Translations under genes and position numbers: made by a program
Assembly: GCF_001659705.1 (NCBI RefSeq)
Contig: NZ_CP015971.1
Location: 2,171,029 to 2,235,028, forward strand
DNA length: 64,000 bases
From: Arachidicoccus sp. BS20
Lineage (GTDB): Bacteria > Bacteroidota > Bacteroidia > Chitinophagales > Chitinophagaceae
Direction: 5' to 3'
The notes under the pieces: generated by a model
Database searches by the model: none
Seen by the model: only the letters and a program-made list of their open reading frames with translations
What the model was told of the DNA's origin: nothing
Shown here: positions 38,435 to 47,409 of the stretch, one piece after another
Layout: each line of letters begins with the position of its first letter
How positions within the stretch are numbered: position 1 is the stretch's first letter

Positions 38435-39964
38435 TTACGGCTTCAATACAAATACCGAAGACGGAAATACTATATCGTCATATACGCTTGACAGGCGTTG
38501 GATTCCGGCTTTATTGTCATAAACTTTAATTTCCGGATGCGCGGCATTATAACGAATCCAGCTGTTATCAACATTTTTTCCTTTAATAAAATTGACCCAG
38601 TCGCTATGGATTTCTTCTGCTAAGGAATCATTTATATTTTTATTATGTACAGCATTGGGGATGTACCAAACGTATTTCAGTTCGTCGCCGTGCACCGCAC
38701 CATATTTGCCCTTTCCGTAATCAAAACGATACACCCATGTCGGATAATTTGCTTCCGAAAAAGCTTTCGCTAAACGATAAGAATGCATTTGATACATATA
38801 CTGTGTCAATAACGGAACAGCTACCGAAGCAGTATCGGCAACGCCTGCAATTGCTTTTTTAAATGCGCAGTAAACAACCGAGCCATTTGCGCCAAACCAA
38901 TCTGTCAAAACTTTTTCTGTTGGATGATATAACCTTTTGTCAAAATCCATAAAGAGCTTTGCTTCACTTTTATTTGTGCCGATAAGAATCCTGATTTTAC
39001 GCCGGTGGTGGAGAATATATTTGTACGGATTTTCTTTATAAACAATACCGTCGATAACCGGACCGAAATAATTAGTTCCCTGCGCACCCGATAAAACTTT
39101 TTCCTGCGCGCGGATAATTTTTTCCGTAGAAATAGACAGAATATCTTTTGGATTTGTAATGTTCAACGCTTCAAATAACCGCTTCCGAATAGCAAATGCA
39201 GTAGCAGAATCGTGAATGCACTGCACGCCACCGCTTTCCATTACAGCTTGATGAATTAGCCCGTCGGATAAAGGTGTTGCCAATAATGCCGCGACTAATT
39301 TTGCGCCCGCAGATTCGCCCATGACCGTGATTTTATCGGGGTCGCCGCCAAACTTACCGATATTATTTTTTATCCATTTCAATGCTGTTATGCAATCTAA
39401 TACCGCATTGTTTCCCGACGTTGCATAATCTTTTCCCAAATCGTTTAATTCCAAAAATCCGAATGCACCCAATCGGTAATTAAAGGTAACGGCAACTATG
39501 CTGTCTCTGTCGGAAAACGCATGACCATTAAAGTCTTTCCCTGTGCCGCCGGTCATGCCGCCGCCATGAATCCAAACCATTACAGGACACGCCTTTGAGG
39601 ATTTCAAATCATTGGAATAAATATTTAAAGACAAGAAATTTTCTTCATCAACAGGATGACTTGCCTGAGGTGCAACCGGGCTGAATTTGGTACAATCCAA
39701 AGTATCTATCCAATTTGTTGTAGGTTGCGGTGCTTTAAAACGAAATTCGCCAACAGGCGTTTTAGCATAGGGAACACCTTTGAATACATAAGAATTTTCT
39801 TCTTTTAGTCCCTCAATATATCCGTTGCGAATATGAACAATTTCAGACTGGGCTTTTGCAGCAGAAGCCATGCAGAAAACGCTTAAACAATAAACAATGT
39901 TGCGACCTATAATTTTCGTGATGAACATTTTTGTACAGATTAAGAAAGCAAAAAATTTAATCAT
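38435..39964 (-). CDS. Type-B carboxylesterase/lipase, secreted
   Basis: GESAGA nucleophile elbow, signal peptide, about 500 aa. Confidence 0.8.
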   Translation of the reverse strand: MIKFFAFLICTKMFITKIIGRNIVYCLSVFCMASAAKAQSEIVHIRNGYIEGLKEENSYVFKGVPYAKTPVGEFRFKAPQPTTNWIDTLDCTKFSPVAPQASHPVDEENFLSLNIYSNDLKSSKACPVMVWIHGGGMTGGTGKDFNGHAFSDRDSIVAVTFNYRLGAFGFLELNDLGKDYATSGNNAVLDCITALKWIKNNIGKFGGDPDKITVMGESAGAKLVAALLATPLSDGLIHQAVMESGGVQCIHDSATAFAIRKRLFEALNITNPKDILSISTEKIIRAQEKVLSGAQGTNYFGPVIDGIVYKENPYKYILHHRRKIRILIGTNKSEAKLFMDFDKRLYHPTEKVLTDWFGANGSVVYCAFKKAIAGVADTASVAVPLLTQYMYQMHSYRLAKAFSEANYPTWVYRFDYGKGKYGAVHGDELKYVWYIPNAVHNKNINDSLAEEIHSDWVNFIKGKNVDNSWIRYNAAHPEIKVYDNKAGIQRLSSVYDDIVFPSSVFVLKP

Positions 39965-40112
39965 TTAAAGGTACTCTTTTCTTTTTCAAAAATCTGTAGT
40001 ACATTTCATATCAAATAAATTGGCAGAGCACAATTGACCGTCGTCAATTTTCCCACACCGCAATAACAGCAATTAAAACGGCAGTATTCCAATGAAAGTG
40101 TTACGTTAATAT

Positions 40113-41597
40113 TCAAATTGCAGCTTTACCGAACATCGGCAGCACAAACTTAAACGCTGTCCCTTTGCCCGGCTCGCTGATAACCTCAATGGTAGATTGA
40201 TGCAATTCCAATATTTTTTTCACAATTGCCAAACCAATGCCCATTCCTTTTTTCGGAACGTTTTTATTGTCTAATTGTTTGTATCGTTCAAAAATAAAAG
40301 CCTGCTCTTCCGGCGCAATACCGATGCCTGTGTCTGCAACCTGAACGCCAATGCCCGCTTGTGTTTCAGTCAATCGTATAGTAATGCTGCCGCCTTCGGG
40401 CGTGAATTTAAAAGCATTGTCCAACAGGTTTTGCAGCACACGTTCGGTCAAAGCAATGTCTGCGAAAACAGGCGGCAAATTAGACGGAGCATCTATCTTT
40501 AAATGAATGTTTTTTTCATCGGCTTTTAATTGATAAGCCATTAAAATATCCGATGCCAATTCGCTTATTAAAAACGATTCTTTTTCGGGTGTTACCAGAT
40601 TCGCTTCGAGTTTTGCATACTGAAATAATTGTTCTACAAGCCCTGAAAGTTTTTTGGTACTATCGTGAATGACGGATAAAAATTTCTCTTTATCGCTTTG
40701 CGAAAGCGAATCTTTTTTCATCATCATTGTTTCCACATAGCCTTGCATTATGGACAACGGCGTGCGCAAATCGTGCGACACATTTGCAATCAGTTCCTGA
40801 CGAAATTTATCGGTCGCGGTTATCTTGTCGAAATTATCTACAATCACATCCGCCATTTCATTGAACGTAGAAGTGAGCATTCCAAGATTACCTTCGGCAT
40901 ATCCATGAATGCGCGCAGTGTAATCTCCTTCTTTAAATCGCTTTACCACTGCCGCAATTCTGCAAATACTATCCGTTATCAAAAAGAAAGTAACAATGCC
41001 TACGATAAACGCCACAGTAAGCGCCGTGAAAAATATATAACTGCTCAAGCGGGAATGCAAATGCATATTGAGCGCGCTTAAAATTTCTTTCTGCTTTTCG
41101 CTTGCCAATACCGCATAAACATAACCCTCAAGTTTGCTGTTTTCATACACGGGTGCAGCGGAAAAAATACTTGGTTCATTCGGCTGTTTCGGATTATCGC
41201 CCATCGGTCGGTGCATGGCATCGGCGGCGAGCCATTGTTTTACTTTGGCAATGTTTACATGATGAATTTGCACGGTTGTATCAGGCACAACATAATCTAC
41301 AATCTTACCTGCCGTATCCAACAAATAAACTTCCACGCTTGGATTGGCAACCATGGTGGAATGAATAATGTCGTGCGTAACGCTTGTATCGGGCTTGCCG
41401 TTTTTAAAAGGTTGCGTGAAAGTGGCAAGGTGCTTGGCAACATCGCCGTACAATTCCTGATGCGCTGCGGTGTAATATGATTTGGAAAAACGCGAAGCGA
41501 TTTGTACAAACACAATACCCAATACAATCAACAGCACCGTGAACACAGCCGTGATTTTCCAGAATAACAAATTGCCTTTGATAGTTTTTATAGACAT
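40113..41597 (-). CDS. Two-component sensor histidine kinase
   Basis: Two TM segments around a periplasmic domain, H-box HDLRTPLSIMQGY, and N/G1/G2 ATPase boxes. Confidence 0.85.
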   Translation of the reverse strand: MSIKTIKGNLLFWKITAVFTVLLIVLGIVFVQIASRFSKSYYTAAHQELYGDVAKHLATFTQPFKNGKPDTSVTHDIIHSTMVANPSVEVYLLDTAGKIVDYVVPDTTVQIHHVNIAKVKQWLAADAMHRPMGDNPKQPNEPSIFSAAPVYENSKLEGYVYAVLASEKQKEILSALNMHLHSRLSSYIFFTALTVAFIVGIVTFFLITDSICRIAAVVKRFKEGDYTARIHGYAEGNLGMLTSTFNEMADVIVDNFDKITATDKFRQELIANVSHDLRTPLSIMQGYVETMMMKKDSLSQSDKEKFLSVIHDSTKKLSGLVEQLFQYAKLEANLVTPEKESFLISELASDILMAYQLKADEKNIHLKIDAPSNLPPVFADIALTERVLQNLLDNAFKFTPEGGSITIRLTETQAGIGVQVADTGIGIAPEEQAFIFERYKQLDNKNVPKKGMGIGLAIVKKILELHQSTIEVISEPGKGTAFKFVLPMFGKAAI

Positions 41598-41697
41598 AAA
41601 AATTGATTTATTTTTTCACGCAACGATGCAACGTTTAATTCGATAAACTTATTATCATTTACATTGAGCCAAATCCATTCTTTGTGTAGTTCCGTGT

Positions 41698-41775
41698 AAC
41701 CTCTGTGTTTCTCTGTGATACGGCTATTACACAGAGTGCTACAAAGATTTCACAGAGTTTCGCAGAGATTTATTC
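41698..41775. repeat. CACAGAG-type element, copy C (CTCTGTG x2, CACAGAG x2, CGCAGAG at about 10-bp phasing) inside the response regulator to histidine kinase spacer
   Basis: Read directly from the sequence. Looser match to copies A and B. Confidence 0.45.
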
Positions 41776-41789
41776 GCGTGAAACTAAAC

Positions 41790-42500
41790 TCATAATTCTT
41801 CATTAAAGCGATACCCCACGCCCCAACTCGTCAAAATATATTTCGGATTGGAAACGTCTTTTTCAATCTTGCCGCGCAGGCGATTGATGTGTGAATTAAC
41901 CGTGTGCTCATAGCCTTCAAAATCGTAACCCCAAACCAAATTCAGTAAACGCTTTCGGCTGTAACTCTTGCCCGGATTGGATGCCAGCAAAGCCAACAGT
42001 TCAAACTCTCGCGGCGAAAGTTCTATTCTTGTATTATCCAATGTTACTTTTCTTTTATCCAAATCAATTTCCAAGCCGTCATAATTAACGATGGATGATG
42101 AAGCGACATTATCCTGCAAAGCATCTTTATCTTCCTGCCTGCGGAATATCACTTTTACCCGCGCAATAAATTCCCGCACGCTGAAAGGCTTGGTAAGATA
42201 ATCGTCCGCGCCCGTTTCCAACCCCATCACTTTATCGATTTCTTCAGAGCGCGCCGTGAGCATTAGTATTGGCGTTTGTCTGTCTGTTTGCCTTATCTTT
42301 CTGCATATTTCCATACCGTTTAATCCCGGCAGCATAATATCCAGAATGATTAAATCAAACTGCTCTTCTTTCGCCAAAGTCAGTCCCTGCCAGCCATCGG
42401 AAGACGACAACACTTTGCATCCCAAATCATGAAGATGAATGGTTAGTAACTCCACAATGTTAGCGTCGTCTTCTATTATTAAAACCGATTTTGTATCCAT
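41790..42500 (-). CDS. OmpR-family response regulator
   Basis: Receiver domain (DD..D..K) and a winged-helix C-terminus. Confidence 0.85.
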   Translation of the reverse strand: MDTKSVLIIEDDANIVELLTIHLHDLGCKVLSSSDGWQGLTLAKEEQFDLIILDIMLPGLNGMEICRKIRQTDRQTPILMLTARSEEIDKVMGLETGADDYLTKPFSVREFIARVKVIFRRQEDKDALQDNVASSSIVNYDGLEIDLDKRKVTLDNTRIELSPREFELLALLASNPGKSYSRKRLLNLVWGYDFEGYEHTVNSHINRLRGKIEKDVSNPKYILTSWGVGYRFNEEL

Positions 42501-42647
42501 AAAAATATAATCTCAAACAAAGGTCGATTAAAAAAACGATGCAAAAACGGCTGTGATACTTTTGTTATAATTCCGCAACCACTTTGGGATATTGTCTTCA
42601 TTTTTTTGCATCATCAAACAAATTATTCAACACAAAAAAATAAGAAA

Positions 42648-43943
42648 ATGAAAGCAACATTCTTAAAATCATTTACGGTACTCTCGGCATTGGCATCGTT
42701 CGCATCTTGCAGTAAAGACAACAACAATGCACCTACGCCTACAAGCAATACCATTACGATTGAAAATGTATTGCAGTCGCAGCCTTTGGTAGAATCGGGC
42801 ACTTTTCAAAACGCAGGCGCATCGCCGTTAATTATGCCCGGCGAGTCTGTATCATTTCAGTTTTCGGCAGCTAAAGGCGAAGCCGTTTCTTTCGCTACGA
42901 TGTACGGCGCATCCAACGATTTGTTTTTCGCGCCGGCAAATCCGGGCATTCAGGTTTATGATGCAAACGGCAATCCAATCGAAGGCGATGTGTCTTCACA
43001 AATAAAATTGTGGGATAATGGAACGCGCGTAAACCAAAAGCTGAGCGAAGTAACGCATCCCGGCACAGCAGAAACCACGCCGCAAAATATTATGGAAATT
43101 AAAGGAAGCGATGCTGCCGGTAACACTTACTTGCCTGCATCTTCATTGATGAAAGTAAGTTTGAAATACAATGGTAATTCTATGTTCACGCTTACCATTG
43201 AAAATAATTCAAAAGGCACAGCAAACGAAACGCCATTCAGTCCGGGTGTCTGGTCTATTTCTTATATCGTTGGCGGCAATTTATTAAACGCCAATCCGCT
43301 TTATACCGAAGGAAAACCTTCTGTAAACGGATTGACAAACATTGCTGAAGCCGGCGATAACACTGCATTGTACAGTTATATCAAAGGCATTACAGGAATT
43401 TTTACACCATTATCTCCTGTGCTGGTTGTAGTGTATAACGGAATCGAAAACCCTATTTATACGGTTGGACAAAATGATGCAGGACACGGCTTAAAAGACA
43501 TTGCGCAAAAAGGAGATGCCACCGCATTGTCAGATTATTTAAAAACCGTACAAGGCGTGAAAAATGTGTATGTATTGCCGGCGGCTAATTCAAATGTTTT
43601 GCTTCCGGTAATAGACGGAGCGGAAGGCAGCAGCGTATCGCAGCAACTGGCGGTTGTAAAAGGCGATAAAATTGCAATAGCAACTATGTACGGGTTTTCC
43701 AACGACTGGTTTTTTGCAACCACAGGCGATATTGATGCTACGCAAAAAGGCGATATATCTTCTCAGGTAGGATTGTTTGACGATGGCACGGCAGTGAATC
43801 AATATCCCGGCGCGGGCGTTACGCAATTCAACCTTGCAGGTACGCCACTTGCGGAAAGCCAACCAATTGCAGCAGTTCCTAATCCGAACGCATTTACAAC
43901 ATTACCGGCTATCAACAACATCATAAAAGTTACGTTGCAATAG
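42648..43943 (+). CDS. Secreted lipoprotein with two spondin-N-like repeats
   Basis: Lipoprotein signal ending in SC, and duplicated blocks (ATMYGxSND(L/W)FFA...SSQ(I/V)xL(W/F)D(N/D)GT(R/A)VNQ). Start taken at the ATG at 42648; the upstream TTG ORF was ignored. Confidence 0.5.
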   Translation: MKATFLKSFTVLSALASFASCSKDNNNAPTPTSNTITIENVLQSQPLVESGTFQNAGASPLIMPGESVSFQFSAAKGEAVSFATMYGASNDLFFAPANPGIQVYDANGNPIEGDVSSQIKLWDNGTRVNQKLSEVTHPGTAETTPQNIMEIKGSDAAGNTYLPASSLMKVSLKYNGNSMFTLTIENNSKGTANETPFSPGVWSISYIVGGNLLNANPLYTEGKPSVNGLTNIAEAGDNTALYSYIKGITGIFTPLSPVLVVVYNGIENPIYTVGQNDAGHGLKDIAQKGDATALSDYLKTVQGVKNVYVLPAANSNVLLPVIDGAEGSSVSQQLAVVKGDKIAIATMYGFSNDWFFATTGDIDATQKGDISSQVGLFDDGTAVNQYPGAGVTQFNLAGTPLAESQPIAAVPNPNAFTTLPAINNIIKVTLQ

Positions 43944-43959
43944 CATCCATAAATCATAA

Positions 43960-43999
43960 GGAAGTATGTTGTATCATTCAAAACAGACAACATACTTCC
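43960..43999 (+). terminator. 13-bp perfect hairpin (GGAAGTATGTTGT...ACAACATACTTCC) downstream of the spondin-like gene
   Basis: Read directly; there is no clean U-tract. Confidence 0.4.
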
Positions 44000-44079
44000 C
44001 TTAAAACAACTCATGAATATTATACGCGATCGCCGCAATACAATGTAAAACTTTATTCATAATTATAAAAAACAAACAG

Positions 44080-44790
44080 ATGAACAAGAACATTCTGAAA
44101 CACAGTATGCTTGCAGCATTCATCGGCATTATGCTATTTATAGGCGGGAATGCCTTTGCACAAAGCAACGATAAAATGATGAGCGATAAAAAAAGCGACA
44201 TGATGAATGACAACATGAGCATGAACAAAACCATGATGTATCATGTGCCTGCAAAGCCCGAAGACATAAGCCCTTTGCTCGACGGCGAAAAAATTCCTAT
44301 GGTTAATATTCCCGATGCAATGGGCAAAAATTTTGATTTGAATGCGGCAGTTGCTGCAAAGCCTACGATACTTGTTTTTTATCGCGGCGGCTGGTGTCCG
44401 TATTGTTCTAAGCAACTTTCCGGCTTGCAGGATATTCATCAGGATTTGGAAAATATGGGCTATCAATTGATTGCCATCAGCACCGACAGTCCTGATAATT
44501 TATCAAAAACAGCAATGAAAGAAAGTTTGAACTTTACGCTTTTGTCCGATGCGGATTTAAGCGTTGCAAAGCAATTCGGGCTTGCTTACAAAGCGCCTGC
44601 GGCTTACGATAAAATTTTGCCAAATTCATCCGGCGGAAAAAATACGGGCAACCTTTTACCTGTTCCCTCTGTTTTTATATTGGACAAAAAAGGCGATATT
44701 CAGTTTGAATATATCAATCCGGATTTTATGCAGAGGCTCAGTCCCGACTTGCTGAAAGCCGCAGCACAAACGCTTTACAAGAATCTTTAA
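44080..44790 (+). CDS. Secreted AhpC/TSA-family peroxiredoxin-like protein with a Met-rich N-terminal segment
   Basis: Redoxin motif FYRGGWCPYCSKQ. Signal peptide followed by MMSDKKSDMMNDNMSMNKTMM. Confidence 0.75.
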   Translation: MNKNILKHSMLAAFIGIMLFIGGNAFAQSNDKMMSDKKSDMMNDNMSMNKTMMYHVPAKPEDISPLLDGEKIPMVNIPDAMGKNFDLNAAVAAKPTILVFYRGGWCPYCSKQLSGLQDIHQDLENMGYQLIAISTDSPDNLSKTAMKESLNFTLLSDADLSVAKQFGLAYKAPAAYDKILPNSSGGKNTGNLLPVPSVFILDKKGDIQFEYINPDFMQRLSPDLLKAAAQTLYKNL

Positions 44791-44797
44791 ACGAAAA

Positions 44798-45256
44798 ATG
44801 ATGAAGTATAAATTGTTTTTAATAATGCTGTTTATAAGCATTTTTTGCAGCGCATTTTCGCAGCAGAAAAGCATGGATTCGGTTTCTGCAAAAGACAGCA
44901 TTGTATTTGTTCATAAAAACTGGAAGCATATTTTGTCGGAAGCAAAAATGAAGGACAAATATATTTTTGTGGATGCCAATACTTCATGGTGCGGACCGTG
45001 CAAACTGCTGAAAACAACTACGTTTAAAGACAAAAGTGTTGCCGCATTTTTCAACAATCATTTCATCAATGCTTCTTTCGATATGGAAAAAGGCGAAGGC
45101 GTTGCGCTTGCCGATAAATGGAAAGTGGACGCTTATCCTTCTTTGATTATTTTGAATATGAAAGGCGAAATTGTGCTGGAAAAAATAGGCTATGTTGAAC
45201 CGAAAGATTTAATTGATTTTGCCAAACAGGCATTATCCAAAAAGTTAAATAACTAA
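44798..45256 (+). CDS. Secreted thioredoxin-fold protein
   Basis: WCGPC active site and a signal peptide. Begins 8 bp downstream of the peroxiredoxin stop. Confidence 0.7.
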   Translation: MMKYKLFLIMLFISIFCSAFSQQKSMDSVSAKDSIVFVHKNWKHILSEAKMKDKYIFVDANTSWCGPCKLLKTTTFKDKSVAAFFNNHFINASFDMEKGEGVALADKWKVDAYPSLIILNMKGEIVLEKIGYVEPKDLIDFAKQALSKKLNN

Positions 45257-45280
45257 ATTTTTCAACAAAAAATAAATACA

Positions 45281-45574
45281 ATGAGCAAACTTGCATTGTC
45301 TGTTACTTTGAAAGCCAAAGCAGGCAAAGAAAAAGAAGTTTCCGAATTTTTAAAAAGTGCATTACCACTTGTTCTGGCAGAAGCCGAAACATTGAATTGG
45401 TACGCGTTTCAGACCGATGAAGCAACGTTCGGCATATTCGATACTTTTGAAAACGAGGATGGTCGTAACGCACATCTCGCGGGAGAAATCGCTAAGGCAT
45501 TAATGGCAAAAGCATCCGAGCTCTTGGCGGAAGTGCCTGTAATAAAGAAGGCTGATGTGTTGGCTTTTAAGTAA
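45281..45574 (+). CDS. ABM-domain (antibiotic biosynthesis monooxygenase-like) protein
   Basis: 97 aa in a ferredoxin-like beta-alpha-beta pattern. Confidence 0.55.
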   Translation: MSKLALSVTLKAKAGKEKEVSEFLKSALPLVLAEAETLNWYAFQTDEATFGIFDTFENEDGRNAHLAGEIAKALMAKASELLAEVPVIKKADVLAFK

Positions 45575-45577
45575 AAA

Positions 45578-46054
45578 ATGATAAAACGAAGTGTTATGAC
45601 AAAAGAGGGCAACTATATTCAATACTCTTCACTATGTATAAGATTAATGACAGGCTTCGGCTTTGCTGCTCACGGATGGGCAAAAATAAGCAGAGGAACT
45701 CAAGGCTTTGAAAAGCTGTTGTTACAAACCGGAATGCCATTTGCGCACGCAAGCTCGCTAATTGTTCCTTATTTGGAATTAATAGGCGGTATCTTTGTGC
45801 TGTTGGGAATATTCGTAAGCATAATATCAATTCCTCTCATTGTAACAATGCTCGTGGCAATGTTTACGATTCAGATACATTATGGTTTCAGTTCAGTAAA
45901 TACAATCGGTTTAACACCGCAAGGTCCTAAATTCGGACCACCCGGATATGAGATTAATTTATTATACATCTCATGTCTGATTTCCCTCATACTGACAGGA
46001 AGTGGTAAATTTTCTGTTGATAATTTGATAAACAAAATAAAACTAAAAGAATGA
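45578..46054 (+). CDS. DoxX-family membrane protein
   Basis: Four TM helices and the LMTGFGFAAHGWAKI motif. Confidence 0.65.
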   Translation: MIKRSVMTKEGNYIQYSSLCIRLMTGFGFAAHGWAKISRGTQGFEKLLLQTGMPFAHASSLIVPYLELIGGIFVLLGIFVSIISIPLIVTMLVAMFTIQIHYGFSSVNTIGLTPQGPKFGPPGYEINLLYISCLISLILTGSGKFSVDNLINKIKLKE

Positions 46055-46084
46055 CAATCTTTTCGACATCTAAAATTTAATATT

Positions 46085-46786
46085 ATGCAATACAGATTTT
46101 TTAATATAAAAATTAAGAACAATATTATCAAATTCATATTTCCATTTTTAATGCCTTTTACGGCTTGCGCGCAAAACGCTTCAAACGTCAGCAATACCAA
46201 TGCTTTCAAAGAAATGGAACAAACTAAAAAAGATAATATGATGATGGATAAAAAACCCGACACAGCCACTTTTGCCGCAGGCTGTTTTTGGTGCGTAGAA
46301 GCGCAGTTTAAAGAACTGAAAGGTGTGAAAAAAGTGGTTTCGGGATTTACCGGCGGAACCGTTCCGCATCCGAGTTACGAGGAAGTCTGTACAGGCACAA
46401 CTGGACACGCGGAGGCTTGTAATATCATTTATAATCCTTCTGAAATTTCTTACGACGCATTGCTTGCTGCTTTCTTTGTAGCGCATGACCCAACGCAGTT
46501 GAACAGACAAGGCGCAGATGTAGGCACGCAATATCGTTCCGCTATTTTTTATCATAATGCAGAACAAAAAAAATTAGCCGAATATTATATCGGAAAGCTG
46601 AACGAAGAAAAAGCTTATCCAAATCCGATTGTTACGGAAGTACAGCCGTTTACTGTTTTTTATAAAGCAGAAGGTTATCATCAGGATTATTATGCCAAAA
46701 ATGGTTCTGTTCCTTATTGTCAATTGGTCATCAAACCGAAAGTGGATAAATTTGAAGAAGTATTTAAAGGTAAATTGAAACAATAA
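46085..46786 (+). CDS. msrA: Peptide methionine-S-sulfoxide reductase MsrA, exported
   Basis: GCFWC active site. Signal/lipobox followed by KKDNMMMDKK. Confidence 0.9.
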   Translation: MQYRFFNIKIKNNIIKFIFPFLMPFTACAQNASNVSNTNAFKEMEQTKKDNMMMDKKPDTATFAAGCFWCVEAQFKELKGVKKVVSGFTGGTVPHPSYEEVCTGTTGHAEACNIIYNPSEISYDALLAAFFVAHDPTQLNRQGADVGTQYRSAIFYHNAEQKKLAEYYIGKLNEEKAYPNPIVTEVQPFTVFYKAEGYHQDYYAKNGSVPYCQLVIKPKVDKFEEVFKGKLKQ

Positions 46787-46797
46787 AATGTATACAC

Positions 46798-47313
46798 ATG
46801 AAAGCAACAATAATTTTGTTCTTTGCAGTTTGCACACTTTTCTCCTGCAAGAGCAATGCACAGCAAAATGATATAATGATGCACAAAAACAATCCGTATT
46901 ACTCAAGAACAGACACAACTGAATTGCACGTGAGCAATGCAGAATGGAAAAAAATTCTTTCGCCCGACTTGTATGAAGTGGCAAGAGAAAAAGGAACGGA
47001 GCGCGCTTTCACAGGCAAGTACTGGAACAGCGATGCGAAAGGAACTTATTACTGTGCCGTGTGCGGTAACGAACTTTTTCGTTCCGATGCAAAATTTGCA
47101 AGCACCTGCGGCTGGCCCAGTTTTTTCGAGACGGACAGACCCCACAGCGTTATTTATAAAGAAGATAACTCTTACGGAATGCACCGCATTGAAGTAGAAT
47201 GCGCAAGATGTCATTCGCACTTAGGGCATATTTTTGACGATGGTCCTGCGCCGACTTATAAACGCTACTGCATGAACTCCATCAGCCTGGATTTTGTGCC
47301 GGATGAAAATTGA
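46798..47313 (+). CDS. msrB: Peptide methionine-R-sulfoxide reductase MsrB, exported
   Basis: CxxC...CxxC zinc site with RCHSHLGHIFDDGP. Signal peptide followed by QQNDIMMHK. Confidence 0.9.
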   Translation: MKATIILFFAVCTLFSCKSNAQQNDIMMHKNNPYYSRTDTTELHVSNAEWKKILSPDLYEVAREKGTERAFTGKYWNSDAKGTYYCAVCGNELFRSDAKFASTCGWPSFFETDRPHSVIYKEDNSYGMHRIEVECARCHSHLGHIFDDGPAPTYKRYCMNSISLDFVPDEN

Positions 47314-47356
47314 TATAAAAATCAACCATCTTCTTATAAGCGACTCATGGTTTAAC

Positions 47357-47392
47357 AAAAAGCGACAGGATTTTATTCCTGCCGCTTTTTTC
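47357..47392. terminator. Bidirectional terminator (GCGACAGGA-TTTTAT-TCCTGCCGC followed by T6) between msrB and clpC
   Basis: 9-bp stem with one mismatch, flanked by A-runs and T-runs. Confidence 0.6.
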
Positions 47393-47409
47393 TGTTTATT
47401 AATTAAAAA

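Noticed and set aside
42606-42647. Upstream TTG-initiated extension of the spondin-like lipoprotein ORF
   Set aside because: The in-frame ATG at 42648 is followed immediately by a canonical signal peptide and lipobox. The TTG extension adds a non-hydrophobic leader.
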